A stretch of 64,000 bases of DNA. It comes from Podarcis bocagei. Taxonomy: Eukaryota. The notes beneath the pieces are model-generated. The model did not search any database, was not told where the DNA came from, and worked only from the letters and a program-made list of their open reading frames with translations. Location: the NCBI GenBank assembly GCA_964188305.1, contig OZ076886.1, one strand, 5' to 3'. Shown one piece after another: positions 1 to 12,690 of the stretch (its first letter is position 1; every line of letters begins with the position of its first letter). The position numbers and the translations under genes were made by a program.

Positions 1-494
1 GGAGATTTGTTGTATGTCAATTTTGCCGCAGCTCACTGTGTAAAGGCAGTGACATATAAATAAACTCAACCCATCAGTCCTGGGAGGATGTGTCTCTCAA
101 AGGCGATGATTGGTCACGATAGCTAGATTTTATTTATTTTATTTTTATGGTGCATGTACGGTTTAATTGTCGAAATCTCCATGCAGTTTGCATTGGGCAT
201 AAATGAGATCTCCCTGACCAAAGGTAGTAGAACTTTGAAGTCCAGATGTTGGGGATGAATAAGAAAGGTCGGCCACCATCGCTTTTGTTGCACTGTTTGT
301 GAGCTTCTCAGAACCACCCATCTGGTTGCTGTTGGAAACAGAATGCTAGCTACCTCAGGTGGACCTTGACCTGTTCTAGGAATAATAATAATTTTATTTT
401 TTATACCCCACCCATCTGGCTGGGTTTCCCCAGCCACTCACAGCAGTCAAGTTCTTATCAGATCAATATACTGATGAGGACATTGGTAATAAAG

Positions 495-650
495 ATCAGT
501 GAAAGAACAACTGATTTACATGCGAAAGGCCCCAATTCTCAGCATCACCAGATAGGCATAGGAAAGACGCTTGCTTGATAACACCAAGGACCAGTCAGTA
601 AAGACCATGCTGAGCTAGACCGACCAACGTTCTGACTTACTATGTTCTGA
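495..650 (+). mobile_element. Degraded tRNA-derived SINE (LF-SINE/Squam2-like)
   Basis: catgcgaaaggcccc...ccagtcagtaaagaccatgctgagctaga...ctgact; related to the copy at 61270-61770. Confidence 0.5.
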
Positions 651-3600
651 CATAGTAAAGCAGGGTACTGCATTCCTGTGCCACACATATCATACCCAAA
701 TCCTCTTCCAACATGTCAATTCTGTTTCAGCAACCTGTGAATAATAGGAGTGAGTGTTTTCCCACTGTGAAGGCAGAGAATGTCTACAGCTCTACACAGA
801 ACGAAATGGACATGTGTAGTGTCCATGTACTATGTAGCTGAGCCAAACTTTCTTAGAGGGCATTTTTCTGAGAGAATTTGATTCTTTTCCTTTTTCTCAA
901 CACCCCCCAAGCCAAAGGTGCTGTAACAGCTAAATTTCTTTGCCACTTATTTCCATGGTTGCATTTTAGGATGAATGTTGTTACTACTATAACTGTAAAA
1001 CCAATTTTAAAAATAGGTTATAAAAAAATGGAAAAGGCTGACCATACTCCCCCCCCCCCCCCGAAAACTTTCCATCAGTTTTTGGGGTGGGTGAGTGGGC
1101 ACAATTTCTCCTTCAGTGCTCCATCGCAGTGAATGCAAACGGCGCTCAGGCTTCCAGTCCAGTTGCTGTTGCTGCCTCTGCCTCTGCCACTATTCAAAAT
1201 GCCAGTAATGGCAACAAAAAGAAAAGCCCTTTTGGTAAAAGGAAAATAGAAGTTGCGCTGCTACTGATAGTGAGGCTACCTTGGGAAGCGGGTGGAGAAT
1301 TTCTCTTCTGCCTGTAAAGATTTGGTGAAATGGTTCCTCCTTACTACCCGATTTCAGAAACGAAAGAGGCCATTAATGTACTGTTCACTGCCGCCAGGGA
1401 TAAGACTGGGATTATTATATAAGTGCTCAGGACAGGAGCAGCAAGTAAGTAGCAGCAGCGGCGGCTAAGTGTTGATTGACAAGATGCCTGTCAGTGGCTG
1501 CCTTTGACTACTATGTGATCTCAAGAGCTTTCGCAAGTCCCTTTGTCGAACCTGCACCTTTCTTGCCCCTTCTGCTCGCTGCTTCACATGAAATGAATGA
1601 CCTTATTAGTCTGCCGCCTTCTTTGGCAGGGACTTTACTTCATTTGCCTGAATCTCTAAACCCTTTCCCACTTCCCCCTTAATCTTCCAAAACTTAGAAA
1701 ACAATGGGCTGTTTTCAAACTATCCTGTTAGCTTACCTGGCATCTTAATTAGACTCAGATACATGTTTCACAAGCCAGTTTGCAGCCTGTGGCACCCTGT
1801 GCTGCTAAAAGGAGACAGCAGCTAAGTGTTTTTGATAAAACCAAAACTCTCTCTTCCCTGACCCTTGCCTCCCCCACCTCCACCCCATCTCTTTCTCGCA
1901 CCACCTCATCAGAAGCCAACCAGGGTCAGTTTAATAGGCTCTGGGGTGAAACAGCAAAGGAAAGAGAGATCATGTGAGAGCAAGTGGCGGTGATAGGGTC
2001 ATTGCTATGCACTTGCCAAGGGGCCCTGAGCGCGCTCTCTTTTCCTGAGCCTTGGAACTGATCCATATAGTGATTCATTGAACTTGGGAGCTCTCCACGG
2101 AAACAAGAGGCAAAATAATAATAATAAATCCACCATGTATTGTGTTTACCCTCGCATTAAATGAAAAGATTTAAAAGACTCTCTAAAGATGCAAGGCTTC
2201 ATGTGCTGAGCAGCTGCCTCGCTAATTTTTATCTATTGGCAAGCACATAAAAGCTTTTGTGTGTGAAGAGATGCAGCAAAAATGTTTTCGTGGAAGTGAG
2301 GAGCTGGGACAGTATTGAACCATCCCATTGTGAAATTTCTCTTGCTCCATTATGACTGAATTCAGAGGACTTTCCCATATGGATGAATCATGATGCCCCC
2401 AGATCTCTGCACCAAGTGGATTCTCTGTATCTTTCATACATTTACCGCTTGGGTCTGCTTAGCACCTCACTTTATTAGAAAATTATTCCCAAAAATGGTG
2501 TTTAGCATTTAACTATTATATTGGCCACTTGACTATCATCATATGAAGACTGAGGTATAAATTCCCTAAATTAATAAACAATTGTTGTTACTGCTGTTCT
2601 TACTTAAAACACCAACAAGCCCTGTTTGCACAATATTTGTGTTTCCTGCCTGCAACACCCCACCATATTCAATTTTGGTATGTTTATTTTCCATGTGCAA
2701 TGTGCAAACATGGTTGATTGCATGTTTTCACCAATACAATGCTGTGTTCAATCCACCACAACACCCCTCTCTGCCTCCTGGCTGTCTCTTACATTCTTGA
2801 GAGCTGAGAACAGACAAACAGTCAAATAATCCAGCTTCATAAGAGTTTTATGGCTGGTGAATGTGTATCATACAGTGTACAAATTGTACTCTCTGCCTGT
2901 AGGCCTGCAATTAGGAGTGTACACTGTACGATATTAATTACCGTGCCATGCTCTTATCCAAGCAGGCTCAGCTTAGCTGCTGGATGGGCACGAGCTATTA
3001 ATTACAGCATGAATTAAGATTTTCAGTGCTAACCCAAAATGTGTGCATGCAGGGCCTGGTTAATTATTGTGGTTATTATTTATTATTATTAATTGTTGTT
3101 CTGGCTGACACCAGCACTATCTTGGTTTCTCAAATGTGCTACCAGGGACATGTGACATGCCTAGTGAGGCATAGAAGTAGATTGTGGGGACAGATGAGAA
3201 AGGGAAAAAATGGATGGGGTGGTGGTAAGACTAGTAACTTCTTGTGCACTGGAGACCCGAGGACACAGAGAAGCTAAGAAGAGGAGTCTGGGCTGTGAGA
3301 TGGGTACAGAATTTGATTAAAAATGATCAGCTGCAGTTACTCATCCTGCTTAGATAAGTGATCCAAGTGAACCTCCCAGCACCCCAGGCATGCTAGGGAT
3401 CTCTCTGAGCAGCCTTCATCACCCTGTGCTGGTTGGGGCAGATGGGAGGTTGTAGTCCAAAACACCTGGAAAGTGCCAGGTCTAGCCAAGGACCACATTG
3501 AGCTGATGTGGATCCTCTGCCTTTTACTGCCACAATGGTTGATTTCCATCAGGGTAAGCCAATGCTTAATTCAGGGAGGCAGAAAGGTCAGGAGGAGGTC

Positions 3601-5294
3601 TTAGTGAAACCCAAAATGACTACACCTCCTTCCATTTTGGTCAAATCATGATATCCTCCTTGGCCATCTGAAACCAGTAGCTAAGACGGAGCAGGGCTCT
3701 TCAGCCCCACTATAATTCAAGCGCTGCCATAGACAGCCTTGATGGAGCAGAGAATCATTTGTAGGGTTACCAGGTCGCCTGCACCTTCAACATGTCATGC
3801 AGAAGAGGGCATTTTCACACACGCAGCTTTTCTCGGTCCTTTAGGCACTATGTCATGACGAGAAGCTGCATTTTTCCAAAAGTCACTTCCACTCATGCAC
3901 AGTGTTTAAAGGGCACGAATGCCCAAGGGGGGTCCCTCTCCCCTCTCGTGTTTTGCACCCACCTCCAGCCTTTGATGCCTGCAGTGCCTTGAGTTGCGAA
4001 AGGCGCCTCTTGTTCTGCTTGCAGCCTCTGATTACATATGCAAACCATCGTGTTGGTTTCTGTTTTGCCCTCCCATCCCAAGCTGTTCTTGTTTTGTAAT
4101 ATCAATTAGACAGGGGGCAATTAGCTGCAGTCTGAGTTAAACTGAAAGCTGTGCTCATAAGCAGCTATTGATAAATAGCTGCGTTGCTACGGCAGAGCAA
4201 TTAACATCCAGGGCTGCTTTTGTCTAATTCAAGTTTTTATAGCTTATTATCAGATGATACAAATGCTGGCTCCCTGCTTCCAAGGCAGTAATGAGAGCTC
4301 TCCACCATGAGCCTTCATCTTTGATATTGGAGTTATTGGCTAAATACAGGCTCTTAATGCATCACCATAGCAACAGGAGAATGGAGCCAAGCACTTGCAT
4401 AGAAATGGGGATGGGGGGGCATTGTGTTCCCTGGTGTGACCACTTCTAGTGCTGTTATTCCTTTAAGGTCTGCTGACCTCTTTCGCCCTAGCAAGATGGT
4501 CTCTCTTGCAGAGTTGAGATTTGCCTGGTGCCCTGTGGACTGCTTCTCACAAACAGTGCACAAGTAATGATAAATCTGTGTCTGGAGTTCAGACTGTGGG
4601 TGCACAGTTGTGTTTGCCACCATATAAAATCAATCAATCAATCAATCCCTGCAGGGAGAGAATAAGCATGTCAGGGAGCTTTCTTCTCTCCAGCAGGCTA
4701 GTTTTCATGTGAACCTCCACCTGCAACACCTTTGTTTGCTGATTGTCAAAGAACTAGCCCTGCAGTGCCAAGGTGAACCTTGTCCTTAGTGACTCTGAGG
4801 TGAGTGTTATATAGCATCATGACAACCAAAGACTGTCAGGCTAACCAAGAAATGTCCTTATGTCTGCTGTCTGCAAAGCAAGGGGCTGTTACTGCAGGAA
4901 GGTGAGGTTGATGACTGTAAAAGGCAGGCATAGGGAAACACTTTCACTGCTCTGTGGCAGTGATGTGAACACACTAGCGACGAACGGCTCAATCCTTTGC
5001 ATGTTCATTGCAGCTTGCTCCCAAGTAATGTGTACAGGATTGCAGCCTAAGATTTCAGTCCTTTAAAGCAGCCCCACATTGCAATTGTATGTGCTTACTG
5101 TGTCCACTGGGAATTCAATTTAACTAGTATAACTCAATTCTAAGTTGCACTGAGTTGCATAAGACTGAGTAAGAATTAGGAAGTCCGCACTATCAAATCT
5201 CAGTTGTTAGGTGGCCTCAGTAGCCAGTAGGCAATATTCAGCCCCCCTCCCTTTTGGGGATCATGTTGACCTGCCTTGCAGGGCTGTTGTAAAG

Positions 5295-5680
5295 GATGCA
5301 GGTGGTACTGTGGTCTAAACAACTGAGCCTCTTGGGCTTGCCGATCAGAAGGTCAGCGGTTCAAATCCCCACGACGGGGTGAGCTCCCATTGCTCAGTCC
5401 CAGCTCCTGCCAACCTAGCAGTTTGAAAGCACACCAGTGCAAGTAGATAAATAGGTGGGAAGGTAAATGGCATTTCTGTGTGCTCTGGTTTACGTCATGG
5501 TGTCCAGTTGTGCCAGAAGCAGTTTAGTCATGCTGGCCACATGACTAAACTGACCACATGGAAAACTTTCTTTGGACAAACGCCAGCTCCCTTGGCCTGA
5601 AAGCGAGATGAGCGCCATAACCCCAGAGTCGCCTTTGACTGGACTTAATCATCCAGGGGGTCCTTTACATTTACCTTTAC
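5295..5680 (+). mobile_element. Sauria-type SINE, full length
   Basis: tRNA-like head (ggtggtactgtggtctaaac...ggttcaaatccc), gcaagtagataaatagg core, (accttt)n tail; 33-bp flanking duplication. Confidence 0.9.
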
Positions 5681-7325
5681 CATGCTGACCTGCCTTGCAG
5701 GGCTATTGTAAAGTACTGAATGTGAAACACTTTGAATACTTGGGAAGTTTTCTACAAAGATTGATTTTGTTATTAAATGTTTTTAAAATGTGTTTTAAAA
5801 TAAACACCTCTACAAAGAAAAGGTATCTCTTGACTCTGGATCAGCCCCTAAATAGCTAGAGCCCCATTTTTTTTACATATATACTTTCAAGGGATAGGGG
5901 GTGAGTCATGGATAAAGCAAATCATGGACCAAAACATCCATTCATTATTGCCCTCTATTCATTTTTATAAATTGCAAATCTTGAGCAATCCTGCCTGCTC
6001 TGATTTTTGTGGTTGGGGAGGCATGCATCTTTCCCAGTCTAGGTACTTGCAGCTTTCTGTTTTTTCATTTCAGCATATGTAAAGGCTCCAAGCTCTCACT
6101 GTAAATCATCGGTTCAAATGCACATCTGCAAAACGTCTCCTGGTGTGATAGGTTTGGTATAGAACATGGAACATGGAAAAGGGATTGAGCAAGTAGCTGG
6201 GGGAAAAGGAAGCAATATAATTATGCAGTGGTTTGGGTTGCACATGGATTTTTGTGTGTGGCTTGTGTCCAGTATCCTTCACTGGTGGTTTCAGGCCTGG
6301 GAAATATGTCCAACACCCCTGGCATTACATTTGCACTTTGATAACTATTGCAAGGAGCAGAAAGTATTTGAGCATTAGTGTATGATGAGATGAGAATCTT
6401 AAGGACTGCGTGAGTATATACTTTTCTGTTCTTTCTTCAGTATCTGTGCTGCATCCCACAGTTTGAGAAATGTGGTGTATGATGTTTATTGACATTTATG
6501 GCACAGTGCGACCCATGGTATAGGAGGGGAGCCGATGCTGGCTCTTATATAAGGATGCATGACACTGGGGAGAATAGATGGCTACCTTCTGTGGTCCCTT
6601 TGATCATTCCAGCTAGTCTCTATCGCTTATAAATCCATGTTCCTTTTTATGCAGCGTTCTCCTGCTTTTCGAAGCAGCCTTTAATCTCATCATTTAAAGA
6701 ACACATGCTTTCCATGCTGCCTGTCCTAACCTGAAGGGCAGAGCATCTGTTCAAACAAACAAACTTAGGGGTGAGTGCACAGCCACTTTGCCCCATCCAC
6801 TCTCCCTGTTGCTTTGTGCAAACTCCACGCCTCTGAAGAAGGTCCTCTGTTCATTGCTTGAGGAGCAAGGCTTTTTTTGTATGTTGAGACCACATCACCT
6901 CTCTCAGTTCAAGGTACTTCAGTGTGAAAAGTTTATCCTTTCCACTTTCTTCTTAGAAAAAAAGGGAGATGTCAGGAGAGTGATGGAGTCGCAGGCTCCT
7001 GGTTTAGCTGTAGGAGAAGCAGATCATGGAATAATTATTTAGGAAAGGTTTGCAAATAGTCTGGTGTGGTGAAAGAGCTCAGAACCAATTTTGCACTTCA
7101 CTTTTTAAACTCCTGAACCGAGTGTCTTGAGATTTGTTGACAAAAATATGCATGTGTTGCCGTCATTTGTTGAATTCGTCGAAAATGGAGTCCTCAGAGT
7201 ATGCAGTGAAACCATAATCATGGAAGGATCAGGCCCTCCTTCTATGCTCATTTTGGGGAAACCCCAACCCATTTTTCTGTGACCATTTCATGACTGACAG
7301 CAGCATAGATTGGATTTTGCTGTTT

Positions 7326-7489
7326 AGGACTGCATACACCATCGTACAGTTAAAACCCACCACCACTACCCTGAATCCTGGGAATTGTAGTTTGTGAAGG
7401 GTGCTGGGAATTGCAGCTCTGTTAGGATTGAACTGAAGTTCCCAGGATTCTTGGTTGGTTGGTGTCAGTGTATGGTGTGTATGCAGCCT
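7326..7489. mobile_element. Inverted-repeat MITE, possibly PIF/Harbinger-like
   Basis: aggactgcatacaccat / atggtgtgtatgcagcct termini; internal gaatcctgggaa / ttcccaggattc. Confidence 0.6.
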
Positions 7490-10400
7490 GAGAATAAGTT
7501 TAAAAGAGAGAAACTGCCCCATTAACATTAACAGATTTTTTAAATTAATTAGTAGTGTTTTTGAGCAGCATCAGCCTTTTTGACGTGTTACCTCAGAAAG
7601 AGTTCTTAGCAGACCATAATTATCCAGGCATGACCCCATGGACAGCTCTCTGTCTCTGGGGCTTGGTGGGAATTCACGCTGTGCTTACAGCATTTACATG
7701 CTTTGTAAAGACTAGTTTGTGTGACTGTTGCGTGGTGGTAATGTGTTTGAATGGTCCAGTGAGCATGCTTTCTCCCCTTCCTCCCCCACTTAGGGAATAA
7801 TGAAAGAGAGGGAAGGATAGGTTTGCTCTCAAAATTAGGGTTTAAGACTAAGACGTCACTCCAGAAGTGCCATCAATGTGCATGTTGTTTGTCATCCAAA
7901 TAACAGAATCAGGTCTGTCGGGGAGTGGCCTTACTGTGGTCCTGACAAAATCTGTCCCCTCTACTACTGTTTGCATGGGGGAGGAAAGTCTCCGTTGACA
8001 CAAAATCACCCAGCTCACCCCCCGTTCATAGCTATTAGCCTGAAATATTCCTAAACCATGGGTAGCTGTGATCATTTACCCATGTGGCTGAAGAGACTGT
8101 GAATAGAATTTAGCCCTTTTCCTGTTACCTAGCGGAGATGCCTTTGACCACCTCATATAAGTTCCCCAGCTGTATCTCCAAATAGAATAAAAAGCTTTTC
8201 AAAATAAATAAAAAAGCCTTTAACTAGATTCCTGAAAGCTAACAACATTGAGCATCTTCAGAGTTTGCTGTGAAAGGGCAACAACTGAGGGGGGATTCAT
8301 TGTGCAGCTACATTATCTACCTTTCAGAGCAGGGATCTCTAGCTGGCCTAGGCAGGAAGGGAGACTCATTTAAAAAGACTGATCGGAACCAGGCAAGCTT
8401 TCAGAGCTTATGCTTTACTTCACTGGTTTCTGGTGATAACAAAACAAGGTTTGTTGTGCCATTGTGAAGACCATTGTGGGCAAGGTATTTTGCTGCCTGA
8501 GGCAATTCCCCTCCCAATTCCACAAACAGAAACTGGCTGGACTCCAGTTAAATCTTACTTCTATACTGATGAAGGGATAGCATCCTGCACTTTGAGGTGC
8601 AGAATACCTGGGGGCTCAAGAGGAACAGTCCCTGAGCATCTGTTACCTGAGCCAGTTGCCTCCCTCTGCCTAATGGTTGGGCCAGCCCTGTCGAAGGATC
8701 TTTGGCCTTTGGGAAAAAAAGAGAGGGAATTTCTTCCATGATATTTTGTGTCAGGTCAATCATTTCACTGGTCAGCTTTTATTCCTGCTCTATGTCCGAA
8801 GCAATATTAGGGGGCTATGTTTTGGCATGCAGATGTGTGTTTGTTGCTCACCGCTTTCGTTCAAGCGGCGTCTCTCTGCAGCATTGCACTCTCCAGAGAA
8901 GTCTTCTGAAATAATTAAATCAAACTGTTCAATTGTGGAAGCCTTTTATAGTTAGATTGCTAGGCCCTATGGATTTATTAACAAAAACAATCTTCATATT
9001 TTCACTTTTCACAGAACCTTTATGTTCTGTGGTCTCTGGGGAGGTTTGCTAATGTCTGTTCATTCTTTCATGGCACTAGTGTGTTGACAATGATGTTGTA
9101 GAAGGTATTACTAAAAAGGCTGCTTTTGACTTCTCTGTACTACAGGACTGGAAGAGAGGAATGAGAGGAGGGCAAGAGGGAATAGTGTAAGAACTAGACA
9201 CACAAACACACACAGAAAGTTGATCACTGATGCTCAAATTACAAATTGCCTCACAGGGCCAAACAGTTCAGAAGTGCTGCCTGGCACATGGTACCTTTAT
9301 TTTATCATGTGAACCAGAGGAAGCAGAGAAAGGAAACTAGTTTCCCTAATCCTTTCCTTTTGTGACTGCTATCTTGTATAAATATTGTCCTTCTCTTGCT
9401 TTTCCTGGAAACCACAAAGACCCTGAAACAGCGTCTCACGTGATGGCATATTACCTCACGCTTGAGCAGTCTTGGCTCTTAATCCTGCATAATGTACTTG
9501 AATGAGTGGGGTGAGCTAAGCGTCCCTGGCAGGCGCGTCCATCTCTGTCTCTATCTCATTGCCTCCCTCTCTGCCAGAGATGCCGCTGCGGACATGGACT
9601 GGCCCTCTGCTAGGCTGGCATGCTCTATTAATGAGTTTGAAGCAGATATGCTTTTCCTTTGGTTGCATTTTGCACCCAGAAAATTCTGATTTCTGTTTCA
9701 CATCTTTGCTGCAAAATGAATGTAGTCCTGTTTCCGTAAATTGGTCATGCAACTCCTTACTGCTACCTGGTGAGTGTTTGTCCAAGCTGGCTTTGGATGG
9801 GCCAAAATTTAGCCACGGGGAGAGCTGTTTTCATGCAACCAGGTGCAAAAAGGGCTGATTTCAGCCTTAGTGCTGGTCCTGTAAACAACTGTGCCATGTT
9901 TGGGAACACTTCATTGTACAGATGGTGGTTGTTGGACCTCTTACAGCGACTGTCAAAATATCTGTGTCTGGGAACTGTTCCATAATTTCTCTACTTCTTT
10001 AGTTCCTACTCTTTTCCTGATAGTTTTCTTTCCTTCTGAGCAGCTTACTCTCAGTCGACAAAAACCAGTTGCAGCTCTCTAGGCTTCTTGATCTGGATCT
10101 CTGGACTTTTCTCCAGCCAAAGAGCTCTCACTAGCCCTCCTTTGCATCCCCCTTGAATACCGGGCAGGAATGTGTCCTTGAATTCAGATAGTGCCTCTTG
10201 CTTGCTGGTATGGAGGATGCTTCCGTATTTAGCCTCATGCCCATACAATGACATAAAGTTTATCCCGCTTTTGCCAGGTCAGAGTATGTGCTTGCCCCAC
10301 AGGAATTGACCTCCAGTTCAGATATAAGGCTTCTTCTGCAGACAGACAGGTCTCTGGTTGGTCACGCAGCAGACCTTACCTCTTTTGAAATCATGTTTGC

Positions 10401-10568
10401 CCTGATGGCAAGGAGAACAATAACACCTTGTGGACTTAGCTCTTAGAAAAGTTGGCCGTCTCTCACCTGCTATGAAATTGGGCTTAGCCTACTTCTGTCC
10501 TCCCTATCAACTTCAACCTCTCTAGGACAAAAGGCTGTCCTATTACTATGGCTGGCTTTAGAGTAGAT

Positions 10569-10705
10569 CAGGCATAGGCAAACTCGGCCCTCCAGATGTT
10601 TTGGGACTACAATTCCCATCATCCCTGACCACTGGGTCCTGTTAGCTAGGGATCATGGGAGTTGTAGTCCCAAAACATCTGGAGGGCTGAGTTTGCCTAT
10701 GTCTG
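10569..10705. mobile_element. Palindromic hAT-type MITE, copy 1
   Basis: TIR caggcataggcaaact / agtttgcctatgtctg; nearly whole-length hairpin. Confidence 0.9.
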
Positions 10706-11029
10706 CTTTAAAGCTCTGTGTCTGAATGCCCTTCTTTGTGCTGGAACTTTCCCTACAAAACCCACTCTTTGGTGCTCAGTTGAAACAAACAGTGATCCCC
10801 CGAAAACCTAAGTTGATGTTTGCTCTGATTGAGCTCTAAAGAGTGGATGTCCTCCAGGGCAAAACAAAACGAAACAAAAATATGCTTGGACTTGGAGTTT
10901 TTAAGTGTGAACCTGGGCCTGGAAAGAGCACCTCACACAGTCCCTTTGTCTGGCACAGAAAAGAAGGGTAAGGGCTTAGCCACACTTACCTTTCCTCTGG
11001 TCTTTCCAGAAATGGTCCATGTTTTAAAG

Positions 11030-11165
11030 CAGGCATAGGCAAACTCAGCCCTCCAGATGTTTTGGGACTACAACTCCCATCATCCCTGACCACTGGTCCT
11101 GTTAGCTAGGGATGATGGGAGTTGTAGTCCCAAAACATCTGGAGGGCCGAGTTTGCCTATGCCTG
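11030..11165. mobile_element. Palindromic hAT-type MITE, copy 2
   Basis: TIR caggcataggcaaact / agtttgcctatgcctg; near-identical to copy 1 with the same loop orientation. Confidence 0.9.
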
Positions 11166-11197
11166 GAGTAGATGCTGCTGCATCCCTTGAGTCTGCC

Positions 11198-11400
11198 CAT
11201 AAGAACAGCCTGCTGCATCATTTCAGTGGAGCCATGTAGTCCAGCATCCTGTTCTCACAGTGGCCAACCAGATGCCTGCGAGAAGCCTGCAGGCAGGTCC
11301 TGAGCCCCAGAGCACTCTGCCCACTTGCAGTTCCCAGCAACCAGAAGCAGAACATATACCCACCATGGCGTTCTGCAAGGGATGAATTTCTTCAACCATC
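11198..11400 (-). mobile_element. CR1 3'UTR fragment
   Basis: cataagaac...gtccagcatcctgttctcacagtggccaaccagatgcc is the reverse complement of the 63020-63100 type sequence. Confidence 0.7.
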
Positions 11401-12452
11401 ACTGCATTCTCGCCTTTAATGATCTTCCAGATAGGCTAGCAATGAAACTTCCCCCCTCTCCGCCTTTGACTTTTAGCCATGGAACAAACCCTCCTCCCAA
11501 GATAGGATGGCTGTAGTCGGCTTCAATCTAGCAATGTGCAGGTAGACTGGGAGCAGGTTTGATTACAGCATTTAGCTAATGGTCCAAACAGACCAGATGG
11601 GTGGCAGGAGAAAGTGGAACAATAATGAAGCTTCATGGCTTTGCCCCGCCTTTTTAAATACGTTTCGTGTTTGCCAGGAGGGAGCCTAAGGCATAAGAGA
11701 TCAAAGCTAAGACGTCCTTGCTCTTAATACCTTGGGGAAGGAGCTGTTGAATTGAATTGACAGGCAAGGCACCATCCACTTTGTTAAAACATCAAGAACA
11801 TTGCTAATGATCTACTTCTGTCCCAGCAGGTAAACTACAGTCCTGCCCGTTTTTATCACAGCGATTAGCCAGGTGTCTAGGTGCAATAAAAAGAAAAAGA
11901 ACATTGATGCTTCATTGGATTGTCTAGGCCAACAAGTTCACTTCCTACAAAGGATGCTATTTCAGAATCAAAATCGTTCTTACAGCACTCCAGTTTTCCA
12001 AATCAAAGCACGTAGGGCAACTGCAGTCCATGCTCGTTGTCTGAATTGCAGCAGCACTTTGGCTGTGTTCCTACACCTGTTTACTGTACACACATCATTC
12101 TCAATGCTGGGATTTTAATCTGTGTTCACTTGACAGGTTATCCCAAATGCATATGTATCCTGCACTTTGTTATATGAAACTACGGTTTGATGTGTTTCTC
12201 AAACCGTCTTCACACTGATTGAAGTCCTTAAGCCATTCCTAATTTGTCTCTAGCCAACTTGCTCTAAGGCGGTAATTTGAGCGCACACTGAAATTATTGG
12301 CACAACGGCAGCAAGTGCCAGGGGGTCTTCCCTTTCTGTAGCTTCAGAAAGGCAGCTTTTACCCCTTTCAGCCCCATAGTAGTGCATTCACTGTTGTTAT
12401 TTTTGTGTCATGCACAAATAAAAAAATACATTTATAAACATTGAAATGAGTA

Positions 12453-12690
12453 CAGTGGTACCTTAGGTTAAGAACTTAATTTGTTCTGGAGGTCTGTTCT
12501 TAACCTGAAATTGTTCTTAACCTGAAGCACCACTTTAGCTAGGGCCTCCTGTTGCCGCTGTGCCGCCGCCATGCAATTTCTGTTCTCATCCTGAAGTAAA
12601 GTTCTTAACCCGAGGTACTATTTCTGGTTAGCAGAATCTGTAATCTGAAGTGTCTGTAACCTGAAGCGTTTGTAACCCGAGGTACCACTG
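12453..12690 (+). mobile_element. Tc1/mariner-superfamily MITE
   Basis: TIR cagtggtacct / aggtaccactg, TA TSD, internal taacctgaa repeats. Confidence 0.9.

Noticed and set aside
1087-1317. Ala/Ser-rich ORF with a plausible acceptor near 1115 and donor near 1235
   Set aside because: No recognisable homology and no partner exons; low-complexity gctgcctct repeats explain the open frame.
10569-11165. Simple inversion between the two MITEs, or a CRISPR-like repeat-spacer unit
   Set aside because: An inversion would not leave the same TSD in direct orientation at both outer ends; there are only two 136-137-bp repeats in a eukaryotic context with no cas genes.
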